A DNA stretch of 64,000 nt from Trueperaceae bacterium (GTDB lineage Bacteria; Deinococcota; Deinococci; Deinococcales; Trueperaceae). Below, piece by piece: positions 28,729 through 38,999 of the stretch; position 1 is the first letter of the stretch; every line of letters begins with the position of its first letter. The translations under genes and the position numbers were made by a program. The notes below the pieces were generated by a model. It was not told the DNA's origin. It saw only the letters and a program-made list of their open reading frames with translations, and did no database searches. Location of the stretch: contig OZ243956.1 of assembly GCA_965214405.1 (NCBI GenBank), forward strand, positions 2,816,001 to 2,880,000, in the 5' to 3' direction.

Positions 28729-30171
28729 CTATTTTTTCCCCGTTTGCTGGGCCTCGAGCCGCGTCCGCACCGCCTCATGCGCCTCACGGGAGATGGGAAA
28801 GCGCAGCGTAAGAAGGAGCGCGACGAGAAAAACGAGCGCGGCGACGGGTCCCGTCATGCCTCTAAGCCCCGCCACCGTCCGCGCGCTCTGCTCGGCCACG
28901 CCCGCCTGATAGCCAAAAAGAGAGGCCACGAGCGCGTTGGCAAATACGCCCAACGACCCCGCGAGCTTTTGACCGAAAGTAAAGAGCGCGTATAAGAGGC
29001 CCGCGCGCGCGTTCCCGGCTTTCTCGCCCCCCGTCTCTTTACTCGCCTCTTCGCTGAACTCGAGCACGTCCGGGAGCATCGCCCAGGGAAACAGCATCAC
29101 CGCTGAGAGGCCTATGCCCGCGAGCGCGGTGAGCGCCAGAAGCGCTGAAAACGTCTGCGGCTCAACCCACACGATGAGACCCAGCCCCACACTCAGCCCC
29201 GCGAGGCCGAGACCCAGTCCCGCGCGTTTGCCAAACCTTGCGGCCAAAAACGTCCAGAACGGAAACGCGAGGATGGCGACGCCGAAGAGCGTGCCCAGCA
29301 CCAGGGGCTGCGCCTGCGGGGAGAGCCGCAGAACGGATTCGAGGTAGAAGGGCAACACGGAATTCACAATCATGAGCCCCACCGTGACGGTCATGAAGAG
29401 CGCGAACAGGGGCGCAAAACCGTGGACGCGCCACGCGGCGCGAAGGTCCGTCATCACTGTCAGCATCCGCATGGAACGTCTTTTTGTGGCTTCTTGCGCG
29501 GCTTGTGCAGACGCTCGAGCCAACTCCCGCCCAGGCTCTCTCACCGACGCGGCCATTGTTAAATAAGAGGCCGCCGCCGCGAGACCGAAAAGCGCGCCCA
29601 TCACGCGCCAGCCCGTCGGCCCCGACGCGGCGAGCGTGGGCGCGTCGCCGGATGAGGTGCCGAATGACGCGATGATAACGGGCGGCAGCGCCACCGCTAA
29701 GAGCGACGCGAGCACGCCGAAGCCGACCCGGTAGGCGCTTAAGGTGGTGCGCGCGTCGTAGTCCGGCTCGAGTTCGGGCGTGAGCGCCAGATAGGGCACC
29801 TGCACCACCGTGTAGAAAAGCGAAAAAAGCCCAAACGCCCCCAGCGCGAGCGCGAAACTTCCGGGTCCGCCCGGAAGGAACCACAAGAGCGCGAAAGACG
29901 CGCCTAAGGGCGCAGCGCCCAGCCGGATGTAGGGCAGCCGTCCCCAACGGTTCTGAGTCCGGTCGCTCACCAGCCCCATTACGGGGTCGAGCAGCGCGTC
30001 GAAAGCGCGTCCGGCGACGAAAACCAGACCTGCGCGCAGCGGCCCCAGCCCGACGACGTTGACTAAAAAGTAAAGGAGCCAGGTGTTGACCGCCACAAAC
30101 GTCAGCGACGCGCCAAAGTCGGCCACGCCGTAGCCGACGCGTTCCCGAAAAGAGAGGGCGGGGCGGGTCAC
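28729..30171 (-). CDS. MFS transporter, GPH (MelB-like) family
   Basis: GYGVADFG, DALLDPVMG..SD and QVPYLALTPEL motifs. Confidence 0.9.
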   Translation of the reverse strand: MTRPALSFRERVGYGVADFGASLTFVAVNTWLLYFLVNVVGLGPLRAGLVFVAGRAFDALLDPVMGLVSDRTQNRWGRLPYIRLGAAPLGASFALLWFLPGGPGSFALALGAFGLFSLFYTVVQVPYLALTPELEPDYDARTTLSAYRVGFGVLASLLAVALPPVIIASFGTSSGDAPTLAASGPTGWRVMGALFGLAAAASYLTMAASVREPGRELARASAQAAQEATKRRSMRMLTVMTDLRAAWRVHGFAPLFALFMTVTVGLMIVNSVLPFYLESVLRLSPQAQPLVLGTLFGVAILAFPFWTFLAARFGKRAGLGLGLAGLSVGLGLIVWVEPQTFSALLALTALAGIGLSAVMLFPWAMLPDVLEFSEEASKETGGEKAGNARAGLLYALFTFGQKLAGSLGVFANALVASLFGYQAGVAEQSARTVAGLRGMTGPVAALVFLVALLLTLRFPISREAHEAVRTRLEAQQTGKK

Positions 30172-30176
30172 AAGGG

Positions 30177-30890
30177 CTACACCCGCCCCCGCGTCATCTC
30201 GTAAAGCGCCAGGCCCACCGCCACCGCAAGGTTGAGCGATTCAATACGCGGGTCCTGCGGGATACGGACGCTTCGACCCAAGGTTCTGTAGGATTCGGGC
30301 AGACCGGGACCCTCGGGGCCGAAAACGAGGGTGCAAGGCCTGGGAAAAGAAACTTTATGAAGAGGCGCGTCGGCCCCCAGCATAAAAGGGAAGAGGGGAC
30401 GCGTGAACGTCTCCTCATAAGTCGCCACATCAAAAGACGCCGTGTTGAGCGCGAACAGCGCGCCCATCGAGGCGCGCACCACGTGCGGGTTGAAGGGGTC
30501 CACGGCGGGCGGGACGAGCACAAGATCGCGCACGCCGAAGCCCAACATGGTGCGCATAATGGTCCCCGCGTTGCCCATGTCCGAGGGGTTGACGAGCATG
30601 AGGTGGGTTGCATCCGGGTTCAACGCGGTTTCGTACTTTTCAAACGCCGCGAACACGTAAACGTTGCCCTTGTGCGAAAGCCTCTCCACGAGCGTGTCAT
30701 TCACCTCAAAAGGCGCGTGGTGAAGACCACATAGCGTCTCAATCCGGTCAATCCCCGAGCTCACCGCGCCCTTGGAATGCGCCACCACCCGCAGCGCTCG
30801 CTCGGGGCGGTGGGTGAGGAGCTCGAGCACCGGAAACGTCCCAAAGGCGTAGGAATGCTCAAACTCCCTCTTGTAGCGTTTGAGGTGCAT
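30177..30890 (-). CDS. TrmH/SpoU family RNA methyltransferase
   Basis: DMGNAGTIMR, FGPEGPGL and ESLNLAVA SPOUT motifs. Confidence 0.9.
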   Translation of the reverse strand: MHLKRYKREFEHSYAFGTFPVLELLTHRPERALRVVAHSKGAVSSGIDRIETLCGLHHAPFEVNDTLVERLSHKGNVYVFAAFEKYETALNPDATHLMLVNPSDMGNAGTIMRTMLGFGVRDLVLVPPAVDPFNPHVVRASMGALFALNTASFDVATYEETFTRPLFPFMLGADAPLHKVSFPRPCTLVFGPEGPGLPESYRTLGRSVRIPQDPRIESLNLAVAVGLALYEMTRGRV

Positions 30891-31892
30891 CTACGGTGAC
30901 GCCTCCTCAAAAGCCTCAAAGGGTGCGATAAGTCCCGCCGCCGCCGCCGCCCGCGCCTCCTCGGGCACCCAGTCCAGCGCCAGCGCGCCCCGATACGCGC
31001 GCAGCGCCCCCGCCCGCTCGCCCGCCAAGTCGCGCAGTTGCCCTAAGCGCGAGAGCAGGTAACCGGGCAGATAGTAGGGCTTACTGAAGTCGCCGTGAGA
31101 AGTCTCCTCCAACACGCCCAGCGCCTCCGCGACGTGACCGTTGGCGAGGAGCAGATTGGCCTCGTGGTAGCGCGCTTCGGAAGAGGAAAGCGTGCGGAGC
31201 CTGGCGATGACGTTGCCCGGTTCGGGCGGGTCGCCGCGAAAGGCGAAGTCGAGGAGGCTCCGCTCTCGAGCCTCCTCCGTGGGCGCAACGTCGGGCGGGA
31301 GCGTGAGTTCTGCGCGTCCCTCGAACGCCTTCTCCAAAAAGGGGATGTGGTCGGCGCTGGCTAGAACGGCCACGCGTTCATGCGGGAGTTCTAACACTCG
31401 CGCCGCCACCACGTCCATCCTTTCGCGCAGCCAGTCGGTGCCGGGACCGTCGCCAAGGCGCGCCTCGCGCAGGGTTTGGTAATCGCTCAGGAGCGGCAGC
31501 ACCTCGTTTTGGATGCGCGTCAAAGTGAGAGACTCTTCTAACAGAAACGGGAGAGGCCGCAGCGCGGCGTCCACCTCGCTGAGCAGGTTGCGCGCGTCGG
31601 TGTACTGCGCCGCGTAGCGCCGGAAATCCCGTTCGGCGTAGGGGTCGGGGGAGGGCTCGAGCACAGGATAAAGAGGTAAGCCTCTCTTTTTGGCCCACGG
31701 CACCACCGCGAGCGGCAAGGCAATCTCCTGCGTGTCCTGCCAGGCGGGCGTGTCTAGGGCGGTGGACCCTAACGGCGTGAGCGCGAGCGCGTCCGGCTCA
31801 AAGGCCGCCACAGTGTCGCGGACGCTCACCGCGTTGTAGAGGGGAAAGCGCAAATGAAGGGGTCCCATAAGCGGGACGAGCGAAAGCTGCAT
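30891..31892 (-). CDS. Hypothetical protein with C-terminal TPR-like helices
   Basis: Long ORF coupled to the TrmH gene; TATACT 7 nt before ATG. Confidence 0.7.
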   Translation of the reverse strand: MQLSLVPLMGPLHLRFPLYNAVSVRDTVAAFEPDALALTPLGSTALDTPAWQDTQEIALPLAVVPWAKKRGLPLYPVLEPSPDPYAERDFRRYAAQYTDARNLLSEVDAALRPLPFLLEESLTLTRIQNEVLPLLSDYQTLREARLGDGPGTDWLRERMDVVAARVLELPHERVAVLASADHIPFLEKAFEGRAELTLPPDVAPTEEARERSLLDFAFRGDPPEPGNVIARLRTLSSSEARYHEANLLLANGHVAEALGVLEETSHGDFSKPYYLPGYLLSRLGQLRDLAGERAGALRAYRGALALDWVPEEARAAAAAGLIAPFEAFEEASP

Positions 31893-32049
31893 GGTTACAA
31901 GTATATGGTTACAACTATGACGCGGCTGGCCCTGCTGGAACAGGTTTCACCAAGATGACGCCGACCGGACGCGGGCGTTCATCAAACTGCATCTTGGACG
32001 GCCAATACGGAATCAAATTTCGCAAATACCGCCCCCTACAACTTCCGCC

Positions 32050-32568
32050 TCAGCCCGCACCGATGCGGCCTAGCAGAAGACCTATCCCAAAAACGATGCC
32101 GCCCCCCACGACAACTTGCAAAACGGTCTGGCCGAGTGGACTTTTCATGTAGTGGTAGCGGATGTAGGCGATAGCCAAGAGTTCAACCGTGACGACGATG
32201 TAAGCCAGGTAGAGCGCCGTCTGTAAGTCGTTGAGGAGGAAAGGGAGCGTGTGGAGCATCCCGCCCAGGATGGTCGCGCCGCCTGTGATCGCGCCCCGCA
32301 CCCAGGGATTGCCCCGCCCCGACACGGTGCCGTCATCCGACAAGGCTTCGGCGAGTCCCATGCTGATGCCCGCGCCTATCGAGGCGGCCATGCCGACGTA
32401 AAAGGCGGACAGGGGCCTGCCCGTGAGTTCGGCGGCGGCAAAAAGGGGCGCGAGCGTCGAGACGGAACCGTCCATGAGCCCGAGCAGCGCGGGCTGCACG
32501 ACTTGAAGGACAAAAGCGTGATTGGAAGGAAAATCCGGTTGTTGGGTGGGGCCATCAGGCGTCTGCAT
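32050..32568 (-). CDS. VIT1/CCC1 family iron transporter (similar to the MbfA membrane domain)
   Basis: [17 protein letters not shown] and [16 protein letters not shown] motifs. Confidence 0.88.
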   Translation of the reverse strand: MQTPDGPTQQPDFPSNHAFVLQVVQPALLGLMDGSVSTLAPLFAAAELTGRPLSAFYVGMAASIGAGISMGLAEALSDDGTVSGRGNPWVRGAITGGATILGGMLHTLPFLLNDLQTALYLAYIVVTVELLAIAYIRYHYMKSPLGQTVLQVVVGGGIVFGIGLLLGRIGAG

Positions 32569-32574
32569 ACGCTT

Positions 32575-32603
32575 ATACTAATCGGAATGATTCCGAACAA
32601 CAA
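32575..32603 (-). promoter_or_regulatory. Leaderless promoter with a perfect 7-1-7 operator in its spacer
   Basis: -10 TAGTAT 6 nt before ATG; TCGGAAT-G-ATTCCGA at 32582-32596; -35-like TTGTTG 17 bp upstream of the -10. Confidence 0.6.
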
Positions 32604-32793
32604 CCAGTAGAAGAGTCGGGATTAGTCGGTGAAGTCTCGTTTCGTCACTCAGGCTGTTGCTCTATTGGACTGGCTGCTCGAGGAATCCTGCGTCAGACTT
32701 TGTTTTTGGTTTTCCATCAGCAACGAAAGCGGCTGACGCGCACAGCTAACGTGGTTGCGATGCAGAAAAGACGTAGAAAGATGGCGCGAAAAA

Positions 32794-33459
32794 TCAGCCG
32801 TCGGCAGCCAGCGGCGAGGCGTCATAGTGCGCCAGCAGGTCGGCGGGGTCGTCGTAAATAGCGATAGCTCCCTCTAAACCCGCGTCGTCCCAGCCCCCGC
32901 AGCGCAAGCCGATGAGGGCGACTCCGGCACGCCCCGCCGCCTCAACATCATAGGGCGTGTCGCCAATCATCACGACATTCTCTTTGGGGAGGCTCAAATG
33001 TTCCAACGCCGCCCCTACAATGTCGGGTGAGGGTTTGGACGCGTCCGCGTCGTCGGTTGAGGTCTTACTTTCGATGAGGTCGGTTGCCCCGGCGAGCTCG
33101 AGCAGAGGCTCCAACGTCTCCTTTTTGGACGAACTCGCCACGACGAGCTTTAGCCCACGCGCGCTCATGTGCGCCAAAAGCTCACGGACCCTTGGGAAAG
33201 CTTGCAAGTGAGGCAGGTATTGAGTGCGGAAAATGTCGCCGCGGCGGGCGTCGATGGCTTTGCCTTCCTCGCTTTCCCCGTCTACGCCGACAACCTCGGG
33301 CATGAGCTTGTCGCCGCCCATGCCGATAAGGGGCCGCACCGTCTCAAAAGGGACGTCGTAGCTGTGTTCGGCCAGCGCCTCTATCCAGGCGCGCGCGTGG
33401 GCGTCGTTGCTGTTAACGAGCGTGCCGTCAACGTCGAGAATCACGCCGCGAACGTTCAT
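32794..33459 (-). CDS. HAD family hydrolase
   Basis: DVDGTL, KPSPD and GDTPYD motifs. Confidence 0.92.
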   Translation of the reverse strand: MNVRGVILDVDGTLVNSNDAHARAWIEALAEHSYDVPFETVRPLIGMGGDKLMPEVVGVDGESEEGKAIDARRGDIFRTQYLPHLQAFPRVRELLAHMSARGLKLVVASSSKKETLEPLLELAGATDLIESKTSTDDADASKPSPDIVGAALEHLSLPKENVVMIGDTPYDVEAAGRAGVALIGLRCGGWDDAGLEGAIAIYDDPADLLAHYDASPLAADG

Positions 33460-33490
33460 GGTTCGCCCTTTTCGGCTCCTATATTCACGC

Positions 33491-33751
33491 TTATTCTTTC
33501 CAGCCGTAGGTATCCGCGCCCGGACGAAACTCCCCCTCGCGTCCGCAGTTGGTGCAGGTCATGCTGACCTCGGGGGTGCCGCTTCCGCCCTCCGCCGGGT
33601 CGTTGTCGAGCGTGACCTCGACCTCGCCCCCACAAGCAGGGCAAGAGGTTTCTTCGCCCTCCTTCTGAAACTCTTGCCAGATGGCCTCGAGTTCACTCCC
33701 GCTGTAGTCGCCTCCGCCGCTCTTCGCGTCGTTCGCGTTTACGTCGCTCAT
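33491..33751 (-). CDS. Small acidic zinc-ribbon protein
   Basis: CPAC...CTNC; GGAGG SD. Confidence 0.7.
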   Translation of the reverse strand: MSDVNANDAKSGGGDYSGSELEAIWQEFQKEGEETSCPACGGEVEVTLDNDPAEGGSGTPEVSMTCTNCGREGEFRPGADTYGWKE

Positions 33752-34067
33752 ATTCAACCTCCGGAAGTCAGCTTACGCACAGGAGACGCTTCGGAAACGT
33801 GGTGCGCGCGGCTTTTACGTCTTTTATCATGTGGAGTCGGGTTGGCTCAGAAGATGTGAAAGTACCGAGTAAAGAGCAGACCCAGAAGCTTTTTCTGCTT
33901 ACCTCCTTTTTCGACAACAGTGCATGTTTAACAACAGTGCTTTAACAACAGTGCGTGAGGAGCGCGCGCTTTCTCACTTCGAAATTTCACGCTGTGTCAT
34001 GTTTCACACCCGCGCGTGTGGGGTTTCAAACAGCGTCTGCGCGCTTTTGGGCGCAAAGTGGGGCGGT

Positions 34068-34862
34068 ATGAGCGCACCCACGATAGTCCCCCTCGCCCAA
34101 CGGTTGGCTGAAGAAAACAACGTCGATTGGCGGAGCCTTAGCGGCAGCGGCCCACAGGGCAGCGTCACCGAGGTCGACGTTCTCAATTACCTCGCCCGCG
34201 TGATGGCGGGTGAAGAGGACCTAAACCCCACCGCCGAGCCCGTTCCCGAGGGCATGGAGGCGTGGCCCGAGGAGGATGTTAGGGCGCACAAAGCCGCCCA
34301 GGCGGGTCAAGACGCGTCCACCCAGTTCACACCCCCCACCCCACCCAAAGCGCCCGCGCCTGCGCCTGCACCCCCTGTGTCACAAGCACCTCAGCCCCAA
34401 GCCTCAGCTCAAGCCGCGCCTCAGGCCAGCGCGCAACAAGACGCCAAACCCTACGTAAAAAAAGAAGCCTACTTAGAACTGCTCCAGAAGCACAAAACGC
34501 TTACCGAGCAGTACACGGCGCTTGGCAGCAAGCAGTCGGCAGGGGAGGCGGAGGCGGCGCGTTTCAAAAAGCAGGCGGCGACGCTCGAGGGCGAGCTCAC
34601 CACTGCCAAAGCGCGGGTCGCACATCTCGAGAAGGAAGTGGCAACGCTAAAGGAGCAGGCGGGGTCGTTTACCAAGGAGAGAGACAAGGAGCGCGACAAG
34701 GCTGCGGAAGCGCTCAAACGCCTGCCGATGCTCGAAAACGAAAACGAAAGTCTCAAAACCGCGTTAGCCGCAGAGCAAGCCAAGGTGGCGCAGCACCGCA
34801 AGGCCTCCGAAGAGCTGAGCGCCGCGCAAAACGCGCGTCCCTGGTGGAAGTTTTGGGGCTAG
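34068..34862 (+). CDS. E3-binding-domain protein with Pro/Ala linker, coiled coil and PWWKFW tail
   Basis: PLAQRLAEENNVDW..L.GSGPQG.V...DV motif. Confidence 0.8.
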   Translation: MSAPTIVPLAQRLAEENNVDWRSLSGSGPQGSVTEVDVLNYLARVMAGEEDLNPTAEPVPEGMEAWPEEDVRAHKAAQAGQDASTQFTPPTPPKAPAPAPAPPVSQAPQPQASAQAAPQASAQQDAKPYVKKEAYLELLQKHKTLTEQYTALGSKQSAGEAEAARFKKQAATLEGELTTAKARVAHLEKEVATLKEQAGSFTKERDKERDKAAEALKRLPMLENENESLKTALAAEQAKVAQHRKASEELSAAQNARPWWKFWG

Positions 34863-34967
34863 AAAAAGCAAGTACCGGGTGATGAGCGGTGAGTGAAACA
34901 AGGGGTTGCAACCCCTTGTTCTCCTGCTTCCGGTTGACCTACCGCGCCCGCTGCTGCAAGATGGGGT

Positions 34968-35831
34968 ATGACCTCATCATCCGAATCATCCGACGCACCA
35001 CCAAACCCAGCCGACGCGCTCACAAAAGCTTTTGTGGACGCTCGAGCCCGCCGCGCCCTCCTCACCCCACCTTCGGAGGAGGGCGCATTCGGGTTTGAAG
35101 AGGCGTACGGCGTGGGCGAGGCGCTGCTGCGTCTGCGCGAGGCGGAGGGGCACCGCGTCGCCGGGCGCAAGCTCGGCCTGACCAACCGGGCGGCGTGGGA
35201 GCCGTTGGGGCTCAATGCGCCCGTGTGGTCTTACGTTTATGACGACACCGTCCACCAAGTTGAAACCGAGGATGACGCCTTTACACTGTCGCTGGCGGGG
35301 TTCGCGGCACCCAAGCTCGAACCCGAGATCGTCTTTGGCTGGCGGGGCGGGGGCGCCGCGCCGCGCGAGAATCCCTGGGAGATTCTCCAAAACGTTGCCT
35401 GGCTGGCCTTAGGTTTTGAAATCGTGGACTGTCACTATCCCGACTGGCGCTTTCGCCCCGCCGACGCGGTGGCGGACTTCGGCCTCCACGGCGCGCTCCT
35501 CATCGGCCCGAAGGTGGACGTTCCCTCGGCGCATCAGGCCCTTTACGCTCAGCTCGGCAACTTAAGGCTGTCGTTGCGGCGCGGTGAGGTCGAAGAGGCG
35601 CAGGGAAGCGGCGCGGACGTGATGGGTAATCCTGTGGACGCGCTCACTCACCTCGTTGACACGCTGCAAAATTTGGAACACGCGCGACCCCTCGAGCCGG
35701 GTGAGGTGATGACCACGGGCACGCTGACCACGCCCGCGCCCATCAAGCCGGGAGAGCGCTGGACCGCCGTACCCGAAGGCGCGCCGCTCCCTCCTCTGCT
35801 GTTCCCTTTGACGGTTACATTTTTCCCGTGA
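34968..35831 (+). CDS. Fumarylacetoacetate hydrolase family (2-keto-4-pentenoate hydratase-like)
   Basis: GRKLGLT, LEPEI, FEIVD and TTGTLT motifs. Confidence 0.85.
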   Translation: MTSSSESSDAPPNPADALTKAFVDARARRALLTPPSEEGAFGFEEAYGVGEALLRLREAEGHRVAGRKLGLTNRAAWEPLGLNAPVWSYVYDDTVHQVETEDDAFTLSLAGFAAPKLEPEIVFGWRGGGAAPRENPWEILQNVAWLALGFEIVDCHYPDWRFRPADAVADFGLHGALLIGPKVDVPSAHQALYAQLGNLRLSLRRGEVEEAQGSGADVMGNPVDALTHLVDTLQNLEHARPLEPGEVMTTGTLTTPAPIKPGERWTAVPEGAPLPPLLFPLTVTFFP

Positions 35832-35913
35832 GCCTTTTTGGCCCCTAAAGATTGGGTAACGGCTCAAGCGTGCATCAAACCCTGCCAAAGACTCGACACG
35901 CCGACGCAACCCC

Positions 35914-36426
35914 CTACTTGCTAAGCGCCGCGCGTCCGCCCAAAAAGCCGAGCCACACAAAAACCGTGAGCCAGTGAATGAGAATGGCGGGCCACAATGA
36001 CCCGGACGTCCAGGTGGCGGCGGTGCAGGCCACGCCTAGAAGCGTGACCGCCACGAGAAAGCGCGGGTCGGTGAAAACGTTCAGCGCCGCGGGCCTGAAA
36101 AGAAGCGCGTTGACGGGGTGCGACAGAACGTAGAGCGTCAAGCTCAGCGCGGCGTAGAGAAGCGCCCCGCGCTCGTCCGGGCGGGGCAGCAGGAGGGCGC
36201 GGAACAGGCCCTCCTCGAGCCCACTCGGCGCGACCAGCAAAACGAGCCCGAGCTTTAAGTAACCCCAGCCCGTCAGCGGGAGCGGTGAAGGCTTTATAAA
36301 CCCGCTCCCGCTTATAACTAGCGCGGCAAGAAGCACATAGACAAGCAAAATGACGGCGAGGGAGCACCACGTCTCCCGCCCCGGCAGCGTCGTGAGGACC
36401 GAAAGCGTTCTCTCGACCGCGCTCAC
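35914..36426 (-). CDS. CPBP (Abi/CAAX) intramembrane glutamic endopeptidase
   Basis: EEGLFR, SHP and SLWPAILIH motifs. Confidence 0.85.
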   Translation of the reverse strand: MSAVERTLSVLTTLPGRETWCSLAVILLVYVLLAALVISGSGFIKPSPLPLTGWGYLKLGLVLLVAPSGLEEGLFRALLLPRPDERGALLYAALSLTLYVLSHPVNALLFRPAALNVFTDPRFLVAVTLLGVACTAATWTSGSLWPAILIHWLTVFVWLGFLGGRAALSK

Positions 36427-38366
36427 TCGAGCCCGGTCGCCTCCGTTTTCTCCTTGTCATCTTCAAAGTTGTCTTCAAAAACCCGTTTCGCCATCCCCGC
36501 TGCGGCCTGCTCCATAAGCCGCCGAATCCGGGGCACCATCGCGGCGGGGTTGGGGTGAAGGCCTTCCATCACGAGTTCGTTTTCGAACATCTGCTCGAGC
36601 AGCAGCGGCAGGAGCGGGTCTTTGTCATCTTCACGGAGCCGTTCGGCGAGACCCTGAACGAGCGGGCTCTTTGGGTTGAGTTCGAGGATTTTCTTGGGCA
36701 CCTCCGCACCCCGGCTTGCACCCCTGCCCATGAGGCGCTGCACGCGGTACGCGCCCGCGTCTTCATGGGGCGGGTTCACGAGCCGCGCCGCGCCCTCGGT
36801 CAAGAGCTTGCTCTCGCGCACGCCCGCGACCCGGTCGCCCAAAATCTGTTTGGCAAACGCCGTGAGCGAGATGAAATCTTCATCCTTGGGTGTCTCGAGT
36901 TTTTTGTCCTCGGGGAACTCGGGTAACTCGAGGTCGGCGTCGTCGATGTTTTTGAGAAGCTTGCCCTCGTAGTTCAATAAGCCCATGACCAAAAACGCGT
37001 CTACCGGGTCGGTAAACAGGAGCACTTCTAGGTCGTGCTTTCTAAAATACTCGAGGTGCGCGCTTCTGGACACCGTCTCGTAATCGTCGCCCAAAAGGTA
37101 GTAAATCTCGTTCTGGTCGGGCTTCATGCGCGCTACATAACCTTTGAGTGAGGTCCACTCGGCGTCTCGGCTCGAGGAGAAGCGCAGGAGGTCGGTAAAG
37201 CGCTCCGCGCCCTCCGCGTGGGTGGCGACGCCCTCTTTGAGAAAGGGGCCGAACTCGCGGAAGAGCGCACGGAAGCGCTCGGGGTCCTCGTCGGCCAGCG
37301 CGGCCAAGTCGCTCGCCACGCGCCCCGTCAGCACCTTGCGGATGCGCGCCACCGCGGGCGTCGCCTGCACCGACTCGCGCGAGACGTTGAGGGGCAGGTC
37401 CTCGGAATCCACCACGCCCTCCAAAAAGCGCAGGTAGGGTGGCAGGAGTTCTTTAACGTGCTCGCGGATAAGGACTTTGCGCGCGTAGAGCTTGAGCCCG
37501 TAGTCGTCAAGACGGCCAAAGGGTTGGTAGTCGCGGCTCGAGGGCACAAACAAAAGCGCGTAAAACTGGATGGGCAGGTCCGCCGTAACGTGAACCGTCC
37601 TCAGCGGTTCTTTCGCGTCGTAGGTGAGTTGCTGATAAAACTTGGTGTACTGCTCACCCTCGAGTCCCCGCGCCGGTTCGCGCCAAAGCGCGCGCTGCGC
37701 GTTGACTTGCGTCCATTCCGAGCCCTCCTTGAGATAAATGGGAAAAGCCACAAAATCCGAGTGCGTCTTGACGACGCCTCGCAGGCGGTAGGGTTCCGCA
37801 AACTCCCCCGCGTCCTCTTTGAGTTTGAGCGTAACGGTCGTGCCGCGCTCCTCTTTGTCCGCCGGGCCGACCTCATAGCTTCCCCCGCCGTCGGAGCGCC
37901 AAAAGGCCGCCTCGGCCTCGGGGCGGTAAGAGCGTGACGTCACCGTTACCTCGTCGGCGACCATAAACACCGAGTAGAAGCCCACGCCGAACCTGCCGAT
38001 AACGTCCACCGTACTGCCCGCGCTCCCCGCGTTAAGTTTCATCGTCTCGACAAACGCTTTTGCGCCCGAGTGGGCGATGGTCCCCAGCGACGTAACCATC
38101 TCGTCCTCGGTGAGGCCTAAACCCGTGTCGCGCACCGTCAGCGTGCGCGCGTCTTTGTCGCTCTCTATCCAGACGGCCAACTCGGCCTGCGGGTCCACGA
38201 CGTCCCCTCTCTGGAGCGTCTCGAGCTTGACCCTGTGAAGCGCGTCGGAGGCGTTCGAGACGAGCTCGCGCAAGAAAATCTCGCGTTCGGTGTAGAGCGA
38301 GTGGATGAGAATGTCTAAAACCTGCTTGATTTCGGCCTTGAACTCGGTGCGTTTTGTTCCTTCCAT
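36423..38366 (-). CDS. htpG: Chaperone HtpG (Hsp90)
   Basis: IFLRELVSNASDA, GTIAHSG, GRFGVGFYS and LPLNVSRE motifs. Confidence 0.97.
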   Translation of the reverse strand: MEGTKRTEFKAEIKQVLDILIHSLYTEREIFLRELVSNASDALHRVKLETLQRGDVVDPQAELAVWIESDKDARTLTVRDTGLGLTEDEMVTSLGTIAHSGAKAFVETMKLNAGSAGSTVDVIGRFGVGFYSVFMVADEVTVTSRSYRPEAEAAFWRSDGGGSYEVGPADKEERGTTVTLKLKEDAGEFAEPYRLRGVVKTHSDFVAFPIYLKEGSEWTQVNAQRALWREPARGLEGEQYTKFYQQLTYDAKEPLRTVHVTADLPIQFYALLFVPSSRDYQPFGRLDDYGLKLYARKVLIREHVKELLPPYLRFLEGVVDSEDLPLNVSRESVQATPAVARIRKVLTGRVASDLAALADEDPERFRALFREFGPFLKEGVATHAEGAERFTDLLRFSSSRDAEWTSLKGYVARMKPDQNEIYYLLGDDYETVSRSAHLEYFRKHDLEVLLFTDPVDAFLVMGLLNYEGKLLKNIDDADLELPEFPEDKKLETPKDEDFISLTAFAKQILGDRVAGVRESKLLTEGAARLVNPPHEDAGAYRVQRLMGRGASRGAEVPKKILELNPKSPLVQGLAERLREDDKDPLLPLLLEQMFENELVMEGLHPNPAAMVPRIRRLMEQAAAGMAKRVFEDNFEDDKEKTEATGLE

Positions 38367-38999
38367 AACAGACCCCCTGCGGCGCTACTTGCAGTAGGTA
38401 GACCACGGGCGTCAATCATCCCTGTGAGCGAATTCAACCTACAAATTATCGTGCAGGACGTAGGTTCGTCGATGACCGGTGCTCCGTAGAGGGTATATCT
38501 GCGTCGGTAGACTCAGCGTTTCTGAGAACCGCTTAGTGCGCCCTTTCCAGCCTAACGCGGCGGACCCCGAGCTTCAAGAGAGGGGATGACTGAGGGGATG
38601 ACTTGGGCGAGAGCGCTTGAAGGAGCAACCCTGAAAAAACTCTCCAAAAGAGAATGACCTCACGTGGGAGGCGTGAGGCCGGGGAGAGAAATGGGATGAG
38701 GCGGGAGGGGACCTTCATCCGTTCTTAACGTAACAGGGGAAGTCTTACAAAATTCTTACAGACGTTCGCGTGGGTTGTGCAGGTGACGTGGCGAGGGTTT
38801 TGTGAGAGGCGTAAAGTGCAGGTCCGGAAAGCGTGCCAAAGGTGTAACCTAACGCATCGGCACAGCCTTGCACATTTGGTAGCGTACATCCGGAATTTGC
38901 AGGTTGGGTGTAACTAGACTGGGACGACGCATTCGCTGTGACAGGACACACTTCAACTTACACCTCAACGACCCTAGACGGCCTGCGGGAGGCACATTT

